NCBI GenBank assembly: GCA_043819385.1
Contig: JBDREW010000023.1
Coordinates: 1-49,959, forward strand
Direction of reading: 5' to 3'
DNA length: 49,959 nucleotides
DNA from: Candidatus Nealsonbacteria bacterium
Lineage (GTDB): Bacteria; Patescibacteriota; Minisyncoccia; Minisyncoccales; GWA2-38-27
Part shown: positions 8,171 to 18,138 of the stretch, piece after piece
Position numbering within the stretch: the stretch's first letter is position 1
Layout of the letters: every line of letters begins with the position of its first letter
Notes under the pieces: model-generated
Told to the model about the DNA's origin: nothing
Databases searched by the model: none
The model's input: only the letters and a program-made list of their open reading frames with translations
Program-made: the position numbers and the translations under genes

Positions 8171-11100
8171 TTAGTCATTTTCATTATTTTCCAGCTCAAT
8201 TTCAATAATATCTTCCATTCTGTCCTCTTTATCCTCTTCTTTTATTTCTTCTACCTCTTCAATAATATCTTCTGTTTTACACTCTTTATCCTCTTTTTTT
8301 ATTTCCTTACTTACTTCAACTTCCACTATAAGCGGAGTTTGAATAAATTCAGATTCAATTTCTATTTCATCTACTTTTTCAACTTTTTCAATCTCTTTTA
8401 TTTTCTCAACATCAATTTGATCCCCTTGTTCACTTTGTTCAACTTCTACCTCTTCAATAATATCTTCTGTTTTATTTTCTTCTTCTACTCCTTCAATCTC
8501 TTTTATTTTTTCAACATCAATTTGATCCTCCTGTTTTTCTTCCTTAACTTCTACCTCCTTATTTTCTTTTCCTTCTATACTCACTTCAATCTCTTTTATT
8601 TCCTCAATATCTTCTTGCTCAATTTCTTTAATTTCTACTCTCTTAATCTCCTCAATTTCTTTTTCAATTTCATTTTTTAATAAATCCTGTTGTTGTTCTG
8701 TTTCTAAATCTATCTCCTGTTCTTGTCCTGCTTCTTCTTTGTCCTCTTTATCTTCCACAAGATTTTCTTCAAGAAAATCTTGTGGAAATTCCTTTTCTTC
8801 AAAATCCTGTTCTAATTCTAACAACTCGGATTCAATAAAAACTGGCTTAATAACTGGTAGGGCAAAATTATAAGAATATAATTTTATTATTCTTTGATTG
8901 CTGTCTTCATCAACTTTTTCTGAAACTACTACATACAAATTTCCATTCTCCCCTATTGAAAATGATGATAAAATACTTCCATTAACATCTACATTCCACC
9001 TTATAATTCCATTAAAATCAACACTTTGTATTTGTTGTCCTGTTGCGCGAAATCCCCTATTATATTCCTCATAAACACTTGTTCCAACAAAAATATTACT
9101 ATTTCCATCTAAAATCGGCTGAGTATCTATACTTGAACTCTCATTAGGTCCTAATTCCCATAATACTAGCCCAGTAGGACTGAATGCTTTAATTCTTGAC
9201 ATTGGTTCCCATACATAATCTCTAATTCGTTCTGACCATTTATCAACTACAATAATTTTATTATTAGAAGAAATTATTGGGCTATAAACACTGCCATATT
9301 CTGAACCACTTTGCCATAAAACATCTCCATTAGAATCAAAAGCAAAAACTTGTCTTCTTGTGCCGAAATAACCAGAAGTCCCAGCAGTAACATAAATTAT
9401 ATTGTCTTGTCCTACAACAGGAGAGCTTGCTCTTCCACGCAATAAAGGTTTATTCCATATAATATCACCATTCTCTGGATTATAGGCATATAAAGCGCCT
9501 TGTTTTCCGTCTGTAAGAGTTTGAAATCCTGGCCAAGAGACATATATTATTCCATTTGAATCAATTGCTGGTCCATTTCCTGCTGAACCCCCACGAGACA
9601 CTCCTGTTTGTCTCCAATTTAAATTCCCATCAGAATCAATATTATAAAGATATAAATTATCAGTAAAATAAATATTATTATCTTGTCCTATTGTTATTGA
9701 TGAAACATAGCTTAAATCCTCTGCATTAAAAATCCATTTTTCTGTTCCATCTACACTATTTATAGCATAAACTCCTTTATTAGAAATTGGAGCATATATT
9801 GTTTCTCCGTCTTTTGAAATTGCTAAATTATTAGAAGAAGATTCTAAATCAAAAATCCATTTTTCTGTTCCATCTGGATTTAAGGCATAAACTTTTCCAA
9901 ATGAATTATCCCCTACTTTACCAATTATTAAATAAATAATCCCATCTTTTCCAATAATCGGCTGAGAAATTATAACTCCTAAATCTGTTTCAACATCAAC
10001 TAATTTATAAGACCATTTTAAACCAATTGTTTCTGGAACGCTATAATTGCTTCTACCTGTATGTTGAGCATTTTGTTGAAACATTGGCCAAGAAAATTCA
10101 GGATAAAAAATTGGCAATTCTGGTTCTTGGCTATTTTCTGCTTTTGGAGTTCCCATTATCCCATTTTCTCCATTGCCTAAATAAGTATGCCAATCTAAAT
10201 CATTATTATTTCTTTCCATTGTTCTTTTTTCTTGTTTATCACCTGCTAACCAATCAGAATCTGCTATTACTTCATCTTCAAGTTCACAATTATTATTAAA
10301 AAGATAAAGTGCCTCATTAGTATCATTTAAAGACCCTTTATAAATATTATCAGCAGAGATATTCGGAACTGAATCATCATCAGTTCTCTCTAATAAATAA
10401 AATTCTTTTGCAGGAATTATATCATTATTCCCAAAAACTATTTTAATTTGTTTTGTTTTATCTAAAATTTGCCAACCACTTATATTTATTTCATTATTTG
10501 AAATATTTTTTAATTCTATCCACTCATCACTTGACGAAATATCTGTCCCAAACCAAGCTATTTCATTAATAATAACTTTATCTCTAAATGCTTCTTGTCC
10601 TATTGTTTTTTCACAATAATTCGGCTCTATTGAGCTATTTCCATTACTTTGACTGGCAAATGATATTTCAGGATTATTTATTTGCTCATTTCCAAAATTT
10701 TCATCTACTAATTCTTGTTCATCTTGATTATCTAATTCATCTTGGTCTTGTTCTTCTTCTAAAACAAAATCATCTTTTAGTTTAGAATTTCCAACTAATT
10801 TAAGTATTTCTTGATTCAAAATATCTATTCTTTCTGCAATATCATCTAATATATCTTGTAAATTATTTAAATTATTTTCTTGATTTTGTTTTTCAGGTAT
10901 AATAATTTGCTCTATTTGTTTTATTTCTTGTTGTTTTTCAATTATTTCTTCTGTTATTGATTCTGTTTGTCCTATCTCTTCAAAATCAGAATTATTATTG
11001 AAAATATTTAAATTAGTAACTTCTGGACCTATGGCTGCTTGAAAAGGATTTAAATCAGAAAAAAATTGCTTTACATTTTCCCAATTTGCTATTATCTTTT

Positions 11101-11878
11101 CCCAAAAACTTAATTCTTCAATTTCAATTTTAGGAACTTCTTCATCAAAAACAACTTCAATATCTGGCTGTCCTACCCACTTGTATGTTGACCAATTTTT
11201 TTCTACTTTTCCTTTAACTTTTACTATAAATGGAGAAATGTTGTCTATTCCCCCTTCCCATTTATATCTTTCTGATGCAAGTGGTGACGCAATAATAAAA
11301 GGAGAATAAATTTCTATTGCAACATCTCCTTGTTTATATGAGACAATATATGGAAAATTAATTTTATATATTTTTTTATTATTATCAAAATACGAAATTT
11401 TTAAATTTCCTTTATTTACTTGAATTTTATTTTGAAGCAACCAATTCTCTAAATATTCTTTTGCTTCATTTAAAATTCTTTTATCAATCTCTTTTAAAAC
11501 TTCTACAGGGTCCTGTCCTACTAATAAAGAACCTATTTTAATTGAATTTTTAAGAATTGTTTTACCTGATTCTTTTAAAAAATAATTAGAAGCATCTGTT
11601 GTAATTGTTTGTTTTAAAATAACTAAAACAGCTTGTTCTTCTAAATTAAAATCATCTGAAACAGTTAAATCCATCCATTTATTACTAATATCTTGAACTA
11701 AAGAGCTTAATATCTTTTTTGCTTCTTTTTCTTTAAGCTCAGCTTGATTATCGTCATTTAATAAATTACCTAAATCAATTTTTGAAAAGCTATTTTTAGG
11801 CAAAAACAAAAATCCCACTATAAAAATAAGCAGGAAAATATTAAAAAAGTTTATTTTATTTAACTTTATATTATCCAA
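8171..11878 (-). CDS. Large secreted protein with a lamin-tail (LTD) domain, PQQ-like beta-propeller repeats and an acidic repetitive C-terminus
   Basis: 1235-aa ORF. N-terminal anchor/signal FFNIFLLIFIVGFLFL. LTD signature VIINEIAWFGT...DEWIELKNISNNEINISGWQI. Repeated DG.IY....G..YA....DG...W blades. E/K-rich C-terminal 230 aa with the duplicated block QIDVEKIKEIE. Confidence 0.8.
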   Translation of the reverse strand: MDNIKLNKINFFNIFLLIFIVGFLFLPKNSFSKIDLGNLLNDDNQAELKEKEAKKILSSLVQDISNKWMDLTVSDDFNLEEQAVLVILKQTITTDASNYFLKESGKTILKNSIKIGSLLVGQDPVEVLKEIDKRILNEAKEYLENWLLQNKIQVNKGNLKISYFDNNKKIYKINFPYIVSYKQGDVAIEIYSPFIIASPLASERYKWEGGIDNISPFIVKVKGKVEKNWSTYKWVGQPDIEVVFDEEVPKIEIEELSFWEKIIANWENVKQFFSDLNPFQAAIGPEVTNLNIFNNNSDFEEIGQTESITEEIIEKQQEIKQIEQIIIPEKQNQENNLNNLQDILDDIAERIDILNQEILKLVGNSKLKDDFVLEEEQDQDELDNQDEQELVDENFGNEQINNPEISFASQSNGNSSIEPNYCEKTIGQEAFRDKVIINEIAWFGTDISSSDEWIELKNISNNEINISGWQILDKTKQIKIVFGNNDIIPAKEFYLLERTDDDSVPNISADNIYKGSLNDTNEALYLFNNNCELEDEVIADSDWLAGDKQEKRTMERNNNDLDWHTYLGNGENGIMGTPKAENSQEPELPIFYPEFSWPMFQQNAQHTGRSNYSVPETIGLKWSYKLVDVETDLGVIISQPIIGKDGIIYLIIGKVGDNSFGKVYALNPDGTEKWIFDLESSSNNLAISKDGETIYAPISNKGVYAINSVDGTEKWIFNAEDLSYVSSITIGQDNNIYFTDNLYLYNIDSDGNLNWRQTGVSRGGSAGNGPAIDSNGIIYVSWPGFQTLTDGKQGALYAYNPENGDIIWNKPLLRGRASSPVVGQDNIIYVTAGTSGYFGTRRQVFAFDSNGDVLWQSGSEYGSVYSPIISSNNKIIVVDKWSERIRDYVWEPMSRIKAFSPTGLVLWELGPNESSSIDTQPILDGNSNIFVGTSVYEEYNRGFRATGQQIQSVDFNGIIRWNVDVNGSILSSFSIGENGNLYVVVSEKVDEDSNQRIIKLYSYNFALPVIKPVFIESELLELEQDFEEKEFPQDFLEENLVEDKEDKEEAGQEQEIDLETEQQQDLLKNEIEKEIEEIKRVEIKEIEQEDIEEIKEIEVSIEGKENKEVEVKEEKQEDQIDVEKIKEIEGVEEENKTEDIIEEVEVEQSEQGDQIDVEKIKEIEKVEKVDEIEIESEFIQTPLIVEVEVSKEIKKEDKECKTEDIIEEVEEIKEEDKEDRMEDIIEIELENNEND

Positions 11879-11993
11879 ATTAATTTTAAATATTAACTAT
11901 TTAATTAAATATTTATCATTAAATTCAATTTTAAATAATAATGATTTTTAAAAGAACTATTCCAAAAAGAGCTACATTAAAAAGAATTACAAA

Positions 11994-12665
11994 TTATTTA
12001 TCTATTAAAATTGTTTTTATAAATTGATTAAACTCATCAATACATTTTTCAGAAAAAACAACTCCTGTATCAAAAGAATATACTATATCATTTATTGGAA
12101 TTTCTACTGAAACTCTACTAGCACTTTTATCCTTATTTTCTAAATATCTCTTAACAAACTTTTTTCCGTCTATTACTATTATTTCATAACCATCTTCTTT
12201 TGCTTGTTCTGCTCTTTCGGTATCTTGCTCAATTCCTGAAATAAGTTCTTTTAAATCTTCTGCAGAAGTTGTAAGGTCATCATCTACTTTTATAGATTTT
12301 ATAATCATAATACTCATTCCACAAGCGCCTTTTTTAAAACTATCTAAAGAAATTCCACCATTTTCGTTAAATTCTACTTCTGGGCTTAAAATATCTATTT
12401 CATCTCCAAAATATTCTACAATCCAATTCTCTGGAACCTCAACTTTCAACCCATATTCTTTATTCTCAACAAACTTTTGTCCTAAGTCATTTTCTGTAAT
12501 TTGATAAGTTTCCCCTTTAATCCGTTCAATCTGCCAAAGAGTATGTGTTCCTACCTCTTGATCATAATCTCTCAACAAAGTCCATAAAAAAAATCCTCCA
12601 ATCAAGAGGAGTAGTATAATCACGAAAGAAAAAATAATTTTTTTCATTGAAATTCTAAATCCCAT
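11994..12665 (-). CDS. Membrane-anchored hypothetical protein
   Basis: 223-aa ORF with an N-terminal TM helix (IIFSFVIILLLLIGGFFLW). No motif recognised. Confidence 0.5.
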   Translation of the reverse strand: MGFRISMKKIIFSFVIILLLLIGGFFLWTLLRDYDQEVGTHTLWQIERIKGETYQITENDLGQKFVENKEYGLKVEVPENWIVEYFGDEIDILSPEVEFNENGGISLDSFKKGACGMSIMIIKSIKVDDDLTTSAEDLKELISGIEQDTERAEQAKEDGYEIIVIDGKKFVKRYLENKDKSASRVSVEIPINDIVYSFDTGVVFSEKCIDEFNQFIKTILIDK

Positions 12666-12834
12666 AGTATTTTTTAAATATTTAATAATAATATTTTAAT
12701 TCTACAATTTAATTAACTTTATTGTCAAATTTAAAAATCCCAAATGGGGACTTTTAAAACATATTTATTATTTAATTATTGTGGCTATGTCGCATAAGTT
12801 AATACTACAATTATTATAAAAATCAACAAAACTC

Positions 12835-12850
12835 AAATCTGTGGAAAACT
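12835..12850 (-). promoter_or_regulatory. DnaA-box-like 16-mer
   Basis: AAATCTGTGGAAAACT, overlapping the stop codon of 12849..13601. A TTGATT-16-TATTAA promoter-like pair follows 13 nt downstream on the minus strand. Confidence 0.4.
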
Positions 12851-13601
12851 AAAACTCTTCTTTATAATCTGATGGCATAATAAATAATATTATAAGAAAA
12901 ATTAAAGAAATAACTATTACATATTTTGAATATTTATAAAAAAGAGGAAAAATAGAATCTGTTTTCTTTAAAATTTGAAAATCAGTTACATAAACAACTT
13001 CGCAAGCTCCATTTCCTGTATCATTTCTTGTTATACTTGTTGTTCTTCTTAATTCTCCTTGTTGAGTTATCACAGCATAATCAGCTAAATAACCCTTAAA
13101 ATATACTTGGTCTCCAACTTGAGATTCTTTAATTTTTTGATAAACTTGGTCATTAGCAGGTAGTAAATGACTATTAGAAATTTCTGATGGAGAAAAAGTT
13201 CCATCTGATTTTTTAAATCTCCAAAAACAAGTAAATTCTCCATGACTAAATTTTGCTTCTTGATAAATTCCTGTTTTTAAATTATTTCCCCAAACAGCGC
13301 AAATATCTTTAGTATTTAATGGGTCTTCTTTATGACTAATATCAAGCCAATTTTCACTATTATATTGAGTAACTATTAATCCATAAAATTGATAATCGTA
13401 TTTAGGATAAATTTTATAACTAACACCATCTTTACTTACTTCAAACCAAGGTTCTTTTATTTCTTCCTGTAATGGTTTTTGATATAAAGAATCAAGTATT
13501 TGTTCTTTTTGAGGTAAAGTATCACGTTTAAAATATCCAACTCCAAAAACAATAATACTAACCAAAAGAATTAATTGAACAAATGTTTTTAAAATTCTCA
13601 T
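12849..13601 (-). CDS. Hypothetical protein with N- and C-terminal TM helices
   Basis: 250-aa ORF. TM helices at both ends (LILLVSIIVFGVGYF and YVIVISLIFLIILFI). Confidence 0.5.
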   Translation of the reverse strand: MRILKTFVQLILLVSIIVFGVGYFKRDTLPQKEQILDSLYQKPLQEEIKEPWFEVSKDGVSYKIYPKYDYQFYGLIVTQYNSENWLDISHKEDPLNTKDICAVWGNNLKTGIYQEAKFSHGEFTCFWRFKKSDGTFSPSEISNSHLLPANDQVYQKIKESQVGDQVYFKGYLADYAVITQQGELRRTTSITRNDTGNGACEVVYVTDFQILKKTDSIFPLFYKYSKYVIVISLIFLIILFIMPSDYKEEF

Positions 13602-13655
13602 TGAAATAATATTTTAGCTATTACTTATATTATAATACATAAACGAATTAAAAGA

Positions 13656-13682
13656 AAAAAACCTAATTAACAGGTTTTTTAA
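13656..13682 (-). terminator. Rho-independent terminator
   Basis: AAAAAAACCT-aattaac-AGGTTTTTT, about 45 nt downstream of the 13728..14069 stop codon. Confidence 0.6.
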
Positions 13683-13727
13683 AATAGGATAAAATCTACT
13701 ATATAAATTTAAAAAATTATACAAAAT

Positions 13728-14069
13728 CTACTTCACAGCTAAAAGCCCTCTAATTTCTTTCATTTCATATTCTAATTTTTCTATTCTACGATTTTGTTCA
13801 GCAATAAGAATCTTTTCAATTGTCTCTAACCTATCTTCTACTCTATCAAATCTTTTATCTATTTGCTCAAATCTTTTATCTATTTGCTCAAATCTTTTAT
13901 CTATTTGCTCAAATCTTTTATCTATTTGCTCAAATCTTTTATCTATTTGCTCAAATCTTTTATCTATTTGCTCAAATCTTTGATTCATTTCATCTTTTCT
14001 AGCTGTTTCATCAAATCCTTTTTTAATCATTATTGCTAAATCTTCAATTGTAATATTTTTTTCTTCCAT
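13728..14069 (-). CDS. Small coiled-coil protein with seven copies of the heptad RFEQIDK
   Basis: 113-aa ORF. The central part is encoded by perfect 21-bp tandem repeats. Confidence 0.6.
   Translation of the reverse strand: MEEKNITIEDLAIMIKKGFDETARKDEMNQRFEQIDKRFEQIDKRFEQIDKRFEQIDKRFEQIDKRFEQIDKRFDRVEDRLETIEKILIAEQNRRIEKLEYEMKEIRGLLAVK
13847..13983. repeat. Six perfect copies plus one partial copy of a 21-bp in-frame tandem repeat (CAAATCTTTTATCTATTTGCT)
   Basis: Read directly from the sequence, with units starting at 13847, 13868, 13889, 13910, 13931 and 13952. Confidence 0.95.
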
Positions 14070-14164
14070 AATATCATATTATATTAAATTACAAATATAT
14101 TTGTCAAATAAATTTAAAAATCTAAAAATCTATTATAAATCTATAAATCTAATTCACTAATTTC

Positions 14165-14890
14165 TTAAAATCCAATAAACTCTCTAATTTTACTAATAGG
14201 AATAGCTGAAACTTGTCCTTTTTCGTCAATAACACTTAGCCCTATTAATTTACCTTCAATATCAAATAAAGGACTTGCTTTAAGATTCTCTTGCTCAATA
14301 ATATTTGTCTGAATTATTTCATCACTATAATTTCTTATAATCCCCTGATTAACAACTTTTTCTAATTTTCCATTTAATATAACTCCTAATAAAAAAACTC
14401 TTTTACCTAATTTTAAATTTTCAATTTCAACAAAACTAATAGTTGATAAATTTGTTTGTTCTATTTTTATTAAAGCTAAATTACTCTCTTCATCTTTCTT
14501 AATCACTGTATAATCAGGAATAATATCATTCATAAAAATAATTGTTTTTTCATTTTTAGGTAAAAGCTCTGCTAAAGTCAAAACAAGCCCATCAGAAGTA
14601 ATAATAATTCCAGAACCTTGTATTTCCTCTTTTTTAGCAGTAATAGTTTTTATTCCAACAATTGCTTTTTCAATTTTTTTAATTGTTTCTTCTAATGCAG
14701 AGTTCTCTTGAATAAAAATTTCTTGTTTTTCTACTACATTAACAGGAGCTTGCTCAAGACGATATTGATAAAAAAGAGGTCTTTCTATAAAATAAGGCCA
14801 TAAAATTTGGTCAGCAAAAATACCTCCTATTGTTCCAATAACAAAAATAATAATAATTTGACAAACTTTTTTAGTGGTAAGTATTGACAT
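14165..14890 (-). CDS. Membrane-anchored trypsin-like (HtrA-type) fold protein, probably catalytically inactive
   Basis: 241-aa ORF. GSGIIITSDGLVLT, NLALIKIE and IEGKLIGLS align by eye with GTGFIISEDGIILTNKHVV, DLAIIKIE and LEGEVIGIN of the HtrA paralogue at 20841..22133. The His, Asp and Ser positions read E, N and K. Confidence 0.55.
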   Translation of the reverse strand: MSILTTKKVCQIIIIFVIGTIGGIFADQILWPYFIERPLFYQYRLEQAPVNVVEKQEIFIQENSALEETIKKIEKAIVGIKTITAKKEEIQGSGIIITSDGLVLTLAELLPKNEKTIIFMNDIIPDYTVIKKDEESNLALIKIEQTNLSTISFVEIENLKLGKRVFLLGVILNGKLEKVVNQGIIRNYSDEIIQTNIIEQENLKASPLFDIEGKLIGLSVIDEKGQVSAIPISKIREFIGF

Positions 14891-14913
14891 TTTTTGATAT
14901 TATATGGTATAAT
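14884..14913 (+). promoter_or_regulatory. Strong sigma-70 promoter with extended -10 (TTGACA-18-TGGTATAAT), cassette 1
   Basis: TTGACA at 14884-14889 and TATAAT at 14908-14913, preceded by TGG. The stretch TGGTATAATATaGGcAGTAAATTA is nearly identical to 28145-28168. Confidence 0.7.
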
Positions 14914-14968
14914 ATAGGCAGTAAATTAAAAAATAGCTTCTCTAAACCCAATAAAAAGGATATTTCAG

Positions 14969-15226
14969 ATGCATGGTCAACAATGTCGTGACTACCCTGC
15001 CTGTCAGCTCTGTGGATGTCTTGATTGTGAAACTCCTGATTCTCATGATGAGCAGGCTGAGTTTCAAAAAGAACAAGAAATACTCATGACTGACGATGCC
15101 TTATTATGTGAAGAATTTGCACGTTTGATGGAGTTAGGTTATCCAGAAGATGAAGAAGATTTCGATGATTCTGAACTTGATTGGACTTTAATTCCAAGTC
15201 CTTTTGTCAAGAATCCTAATCAATGA
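14969..15226 (+). CDS. Small (85 aa) acidic protein with a Cys-rich N-terminus, opposite-strand cassette 1
   Basis: AAGGA lies 8 nt before the ATG. Six Cys fall in the first 21 aa (CRDYPACQLCGCLDC), followed by a D/E-rich tail. My hand count gives about 39% G+C, clearly above the flanks. The ORF has its own promoter and terminator. Confidence 0.5.
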   Translation: MHGQQCRDYPACQLCGCLDCETPDSHDEQAEFQKEQEILMTDDALLCEEFARLMELGYPEDEEDFDDSELDWTLIPSPFVKNPNQ

Positions 15227-15275
15227 AACCCCTTTGATCTTGACAACTAATCATCAATATCAAGTTATTTCACCC

Positions 15276-15310
15276 AAAGCCCTACGATATTATCAAAGGG
15301 CTTTTTTTAT
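15276..15310 (+). terminator. Conserved terminator, cassette 1
   Basis: AAAGCCCTACGATATTATCAAAGGGCTTTTTTT. It belongs to the same sequence family as 28482-28514 and 31888-31918. Confidence 0.7.
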
Positions 15311-15312
15311 TT

Positions 15313-18009
15313 CTATGCCATTACTTTTTCTTGTTTTCTATTTTTCATCAATTCAAAAGGAGTAGCTATTACAATTTTATCTTTATCTGCATCAATTATA
15401 ACCTGATCTCCTTTTTTTACCAAGCCAGAAACAATTTTTAATGACAAAGGATCAAGTACTTCTCTTTGGATTACTCTTTTTAATGGCCTTGCTCCTAAGT
15501 TTTGATCAAATCCTTGATTTGCTAAAATTATTTTTGCTTTTTCAGATGTTTTTATCCCTATGTTTTTATTCTTTAATCTCTGAACAACTTTTTCCAATTC
15601 TAAATCAACTATTTTTTTAATTTCTGGCTTACCAAGATAATTAAAAATAATAATTTCATCTATTCTATTTAAAAGCTCTGGTCTAAATCCATCTTTCAAA
15701 GAATCCATTACTTTCTCTTTTAATGATTGTTTCTCACCATTTACCTGTTCCCCAAAAAATCCTAAAGAACCCATTTGAGCAATATATTCTGAACCAATAT
15801 TTGAAGTCATTATAAATATTGCATTTTTAAATGATGCTGTTCTCCCCTTAGCATCAGTTAATCTACCATCTTCTAATATTTGAAGTAAAATATTAAAGAC
15901 ATCGGGATTTGCTTTTTCAATTTCATCAAGCAAGATCACACTATAAGGTCTTCTCCTTATTTTTTCAGTTAATTGACCTCCTTCATCATATCCAACATAA
16001 CCAGGAGGAGAACCAATCATTTTAGAAACAGTATGTTTCTCCATATACTCTGACATATCAAGACGAATCAAAGCATTTTCATCATTAAATAAAAATTCAG
16101 CCAAAGCCCGAGCTGTTTCTGTTTTTCCAACCCCAGTAGGACCTAAAAACATAAATGACCCTAATGGCTTATTTTCCTCTGAAATACCAGCTCTTGAACG
16201 TCGAATAGCATTCGAAATTGCTATAATTGCCTCTTTTTGACCAATTACTCTCCGATTCATAATATCTTCTGCTTTTTCTAATTTCTTTGCTTCTTCTTCT
16301 ATCAATCTTGTCAAAGGAATTCCTGTCCAACGCGACACAATTTTTGCAATATCATCTTGGTTTATTTCCTCTTTTAAAATCTGGCTATTTACTTGAATTT
16401 TTGCTAAATCTTTTTCTGTTTGCCTTACTTCTTTAAAAAGTTCTGGTATTTTAGAATATTTAATTTCAGCTACTTTTGCTAAATCTGCTTCTCTTTGAGC
16501 AATTTCAGATTGATATCCAAGAGCATCAATCTCTTTCTTATAATTCCTTATTTTCTGAATTAATTCTTTTTCTGCTTTCCATTTCAATTCAAAAGCTCTT
16601 ACTTTTTCATTTAAATCAGCCAAAGAGCGACCTATAACTATAAGTCGTTTTTTATCATTTTCTTCTTTTTTAATTGCTTGTTTTTCTATTTCAAGTTTCT
16701 GAATTTCTCTTTTTAATTCATCCAACTCAGCTGGTTCTGATTCAATCTCTAAACGTAGAGCAGACATTGCTTCATCCATTAAATCAACTGCCTTGTCTGG
16801 TAAAAATCTATCAGTAATATATCTTGAAGCAAGTTCAGAAGCAGCTATCAACGCAGAATCTTTTATTCTCAATCCATGATGAACTTCATATTTTTCTTTA
16901 ATTCCACGTAAAATTGCAATAGTATCATCAACTGACGACTCTTTTACATAAATTGGTTGAAATCTTCTTTCTAGGGCACCATCTCTTTCAATATATTTTT
17001 GATATTCTTTTAAAGTAGTTGCTCCAACAGCTCTTAACTCCCCTCTTGCTAATGCCGGCTTTAAAAGATTTGAAGCATCAATCGCACCTTCTGCTGCCCC
17101 AGCTCCAATAATAGTATGAAGCTCATCAATAAAAAGAATATATTTTGCTTCATTTCTATTTATTTCTTTTAAAAGGGCTTTTATTCTATCTTCAAACTCT
17201 CCTCTATATTTTGTACCAGCAATTAAAGCACCCAAATCTAAACTAATAAGTTCTTTTTCTTTTAAGCTTTCTGGTGCATCTCCTCTAATAATTCTCTGAG
17301 CTAATCCTTCAATAATAGCTGTTTTACCAACTCCTGCCTCCCCAATTAAAACAGGATTATTTTTTGTTCTTCTTGAAAGAACTTGCATTAAACGACGAAT
17401 TTCATCTTCTCTACCAATTACTGGATCTAATTTCCCTTGTTCTGCCAAAGAAGTTAAATTGCGAGTATATTTTTCAATAACTTGATATTTTGTTTCAGGA
17501 TGAGGATCAGTAATTTTATGGTCTCCTCTAATTTGAGCTAAAGTTTTAAAAACTGTTTCATAATCAAGTTTGCCAACTTCTAAAGAAGAATCTGTTTTTC
17601 CAGTTCTTAAAAAACTTGCTCTATCTAAAATATCTTTTGCTTTAATGTCTGAGCTTATAAGGCCAAGAAACAAATGTTCTATTGAGATAAACTCATCTCC
17701 CATTTTCATTGCTTCTTGCCTTGCTTTATCAAGAACTTTTGCCATATCTTGTGTTAAATAAAATTGACCAAACATCTGAGAAGTTGCTACTGTTGGAATT
17801 ATATTTAAAGCTGTTTCAGTTTTTTCAACTAATCTTTTTATATCAACTCCTAATTTTCTAAGCAAAGTCAAAACAATACTTTCATCTTGAGAAAGCAAAG
17901 ATAAAAGTAAATGCAAGGCATCTATTTGTTGTTGCCCTTTATTTTGAGCAATTGATTGCGCATTTATAATAGATTCTTGCGCCTTATGTGTAAAATTTGC
18001 TCCATTCAT
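15313..18009 (-). CDS. clpB: ATP-dependent chaperone/disaggregase ClpB
   Basis: 898-aa ORF. Clp N-domain, two AAA+ modules (GEAGVGKT and GPTGVGKT Walker A motifs), a long coiled-coil middle domain and a conserved C-terminal domain. Confidence 0.95.
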   Translation of the reverse strand: MNGANFTHKAQESIINAQSIAQNKGQQQIDALHLLLSLLSQDESIVLTLLRKLGVDIKRLVEKTETALNIIPTVATSQMFGQFYLTQDMAKVLDKARQEAMKMGDEFISIEHLFLGLISSDIKAKDILDRASFLRTGKTDSSLEVGKLDYETVFKTLAQIRGDHKITDPHPETKYQVIEKYTRNLTSLAEQGKLDPVIGREDEIRRLMQVLSRRTKNNPVLIGEAGVGKTAIIEGLAQRIIRGDAPESLKEKELISLDLGALIAGTKYRGEFEDRIKALLKEINRNEAKYILFIDELHTIIGAGAAEGAIDASNLLKPALARGELRAVGATTLKEYQKYIERDGALERRFQPIYVKESSVDDTIAILRGIKEKYEVHHGLRIKDSALIAASELASRYITDRFLPDKAVDLMDEAMSALRLEIESEPAELDELKREIQKLEIEKQAIKKEENDKKRLIVIGRSLADLNEKVRAFELKWKAEKELIQKIRNYKKEIDALGYQSEIAQREADLAKVAEIKYSKIPELFKEVRQTEKDLAKIQVNSQILKEEINQDDIAKIVSRWTGIPLTRLIEEEAKKLEKAEDIMNRRVIGQKEAIIAISNAIRRSRAGISEENKPLGSFMFLGPTGVGKTETARALAEFLFNDENALIRLDMSEYMEKHTVSKMIGSPPGYVGYDEGGQLTEKIRRRPYSVILLDEIEKANPDVFNILLQILEDGRLTDAKGRTASFKNAIFIMTSNIGSEYIAQMGSLGFFGEQVNGEKQSLKEKVMDSLKDGFRPELLNRIDEIIIFNYLGKPEIKKIVDLELEKVVQRLKNKNIGIKTSEKAKIILANQGFDQNLGARPLKRVIQREVLDPLSLKIVSGLVKKGDQVIIDADKDKIVIATPFELMKNRKQEKVMA

Positions 18010-18029
18010 AATTATATATTATGTATTTA

Positions 18030-18115
18030 ATATTAAGTATTAGATATTAAATATTAGGTATTAAATATTAGGTATTAAATATTAGGTATTAAATATTAGG
18101 TATTAGGTATTAAAT
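18030..18115. repeat. AT-rich 14-bp tandem repeat (ATTAGGTATTAAAT, about 5 copies) directly upstream of the clpB start
   Basis: Read directly. Similar TAAGTATTAAGTATT-type runs precede nrdG (31474-31500) and follow fusA (43486-43514). Confidence 0.85.
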
Positions 18116-18138
18116 TTTGCAGAGATTTTACCGAGAGC

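Noticed and set aside
14920-15310. Cassettes 1 and 2 as misread structured RNAs (RNase P RNA, tmRNA or 6S), because of their elevated G+C and ~350-390-nt transcript length
   Set aside because: The RNase P P4 motifs (GAGGAAAGUCC / ACAGAAnnCGGCUUA) are absent, as are tmRNA ends and T-arms. Both have good SD-ATG spacing, and their frames close just before the terminator. The coding interpretation is kept at moderate confidence.
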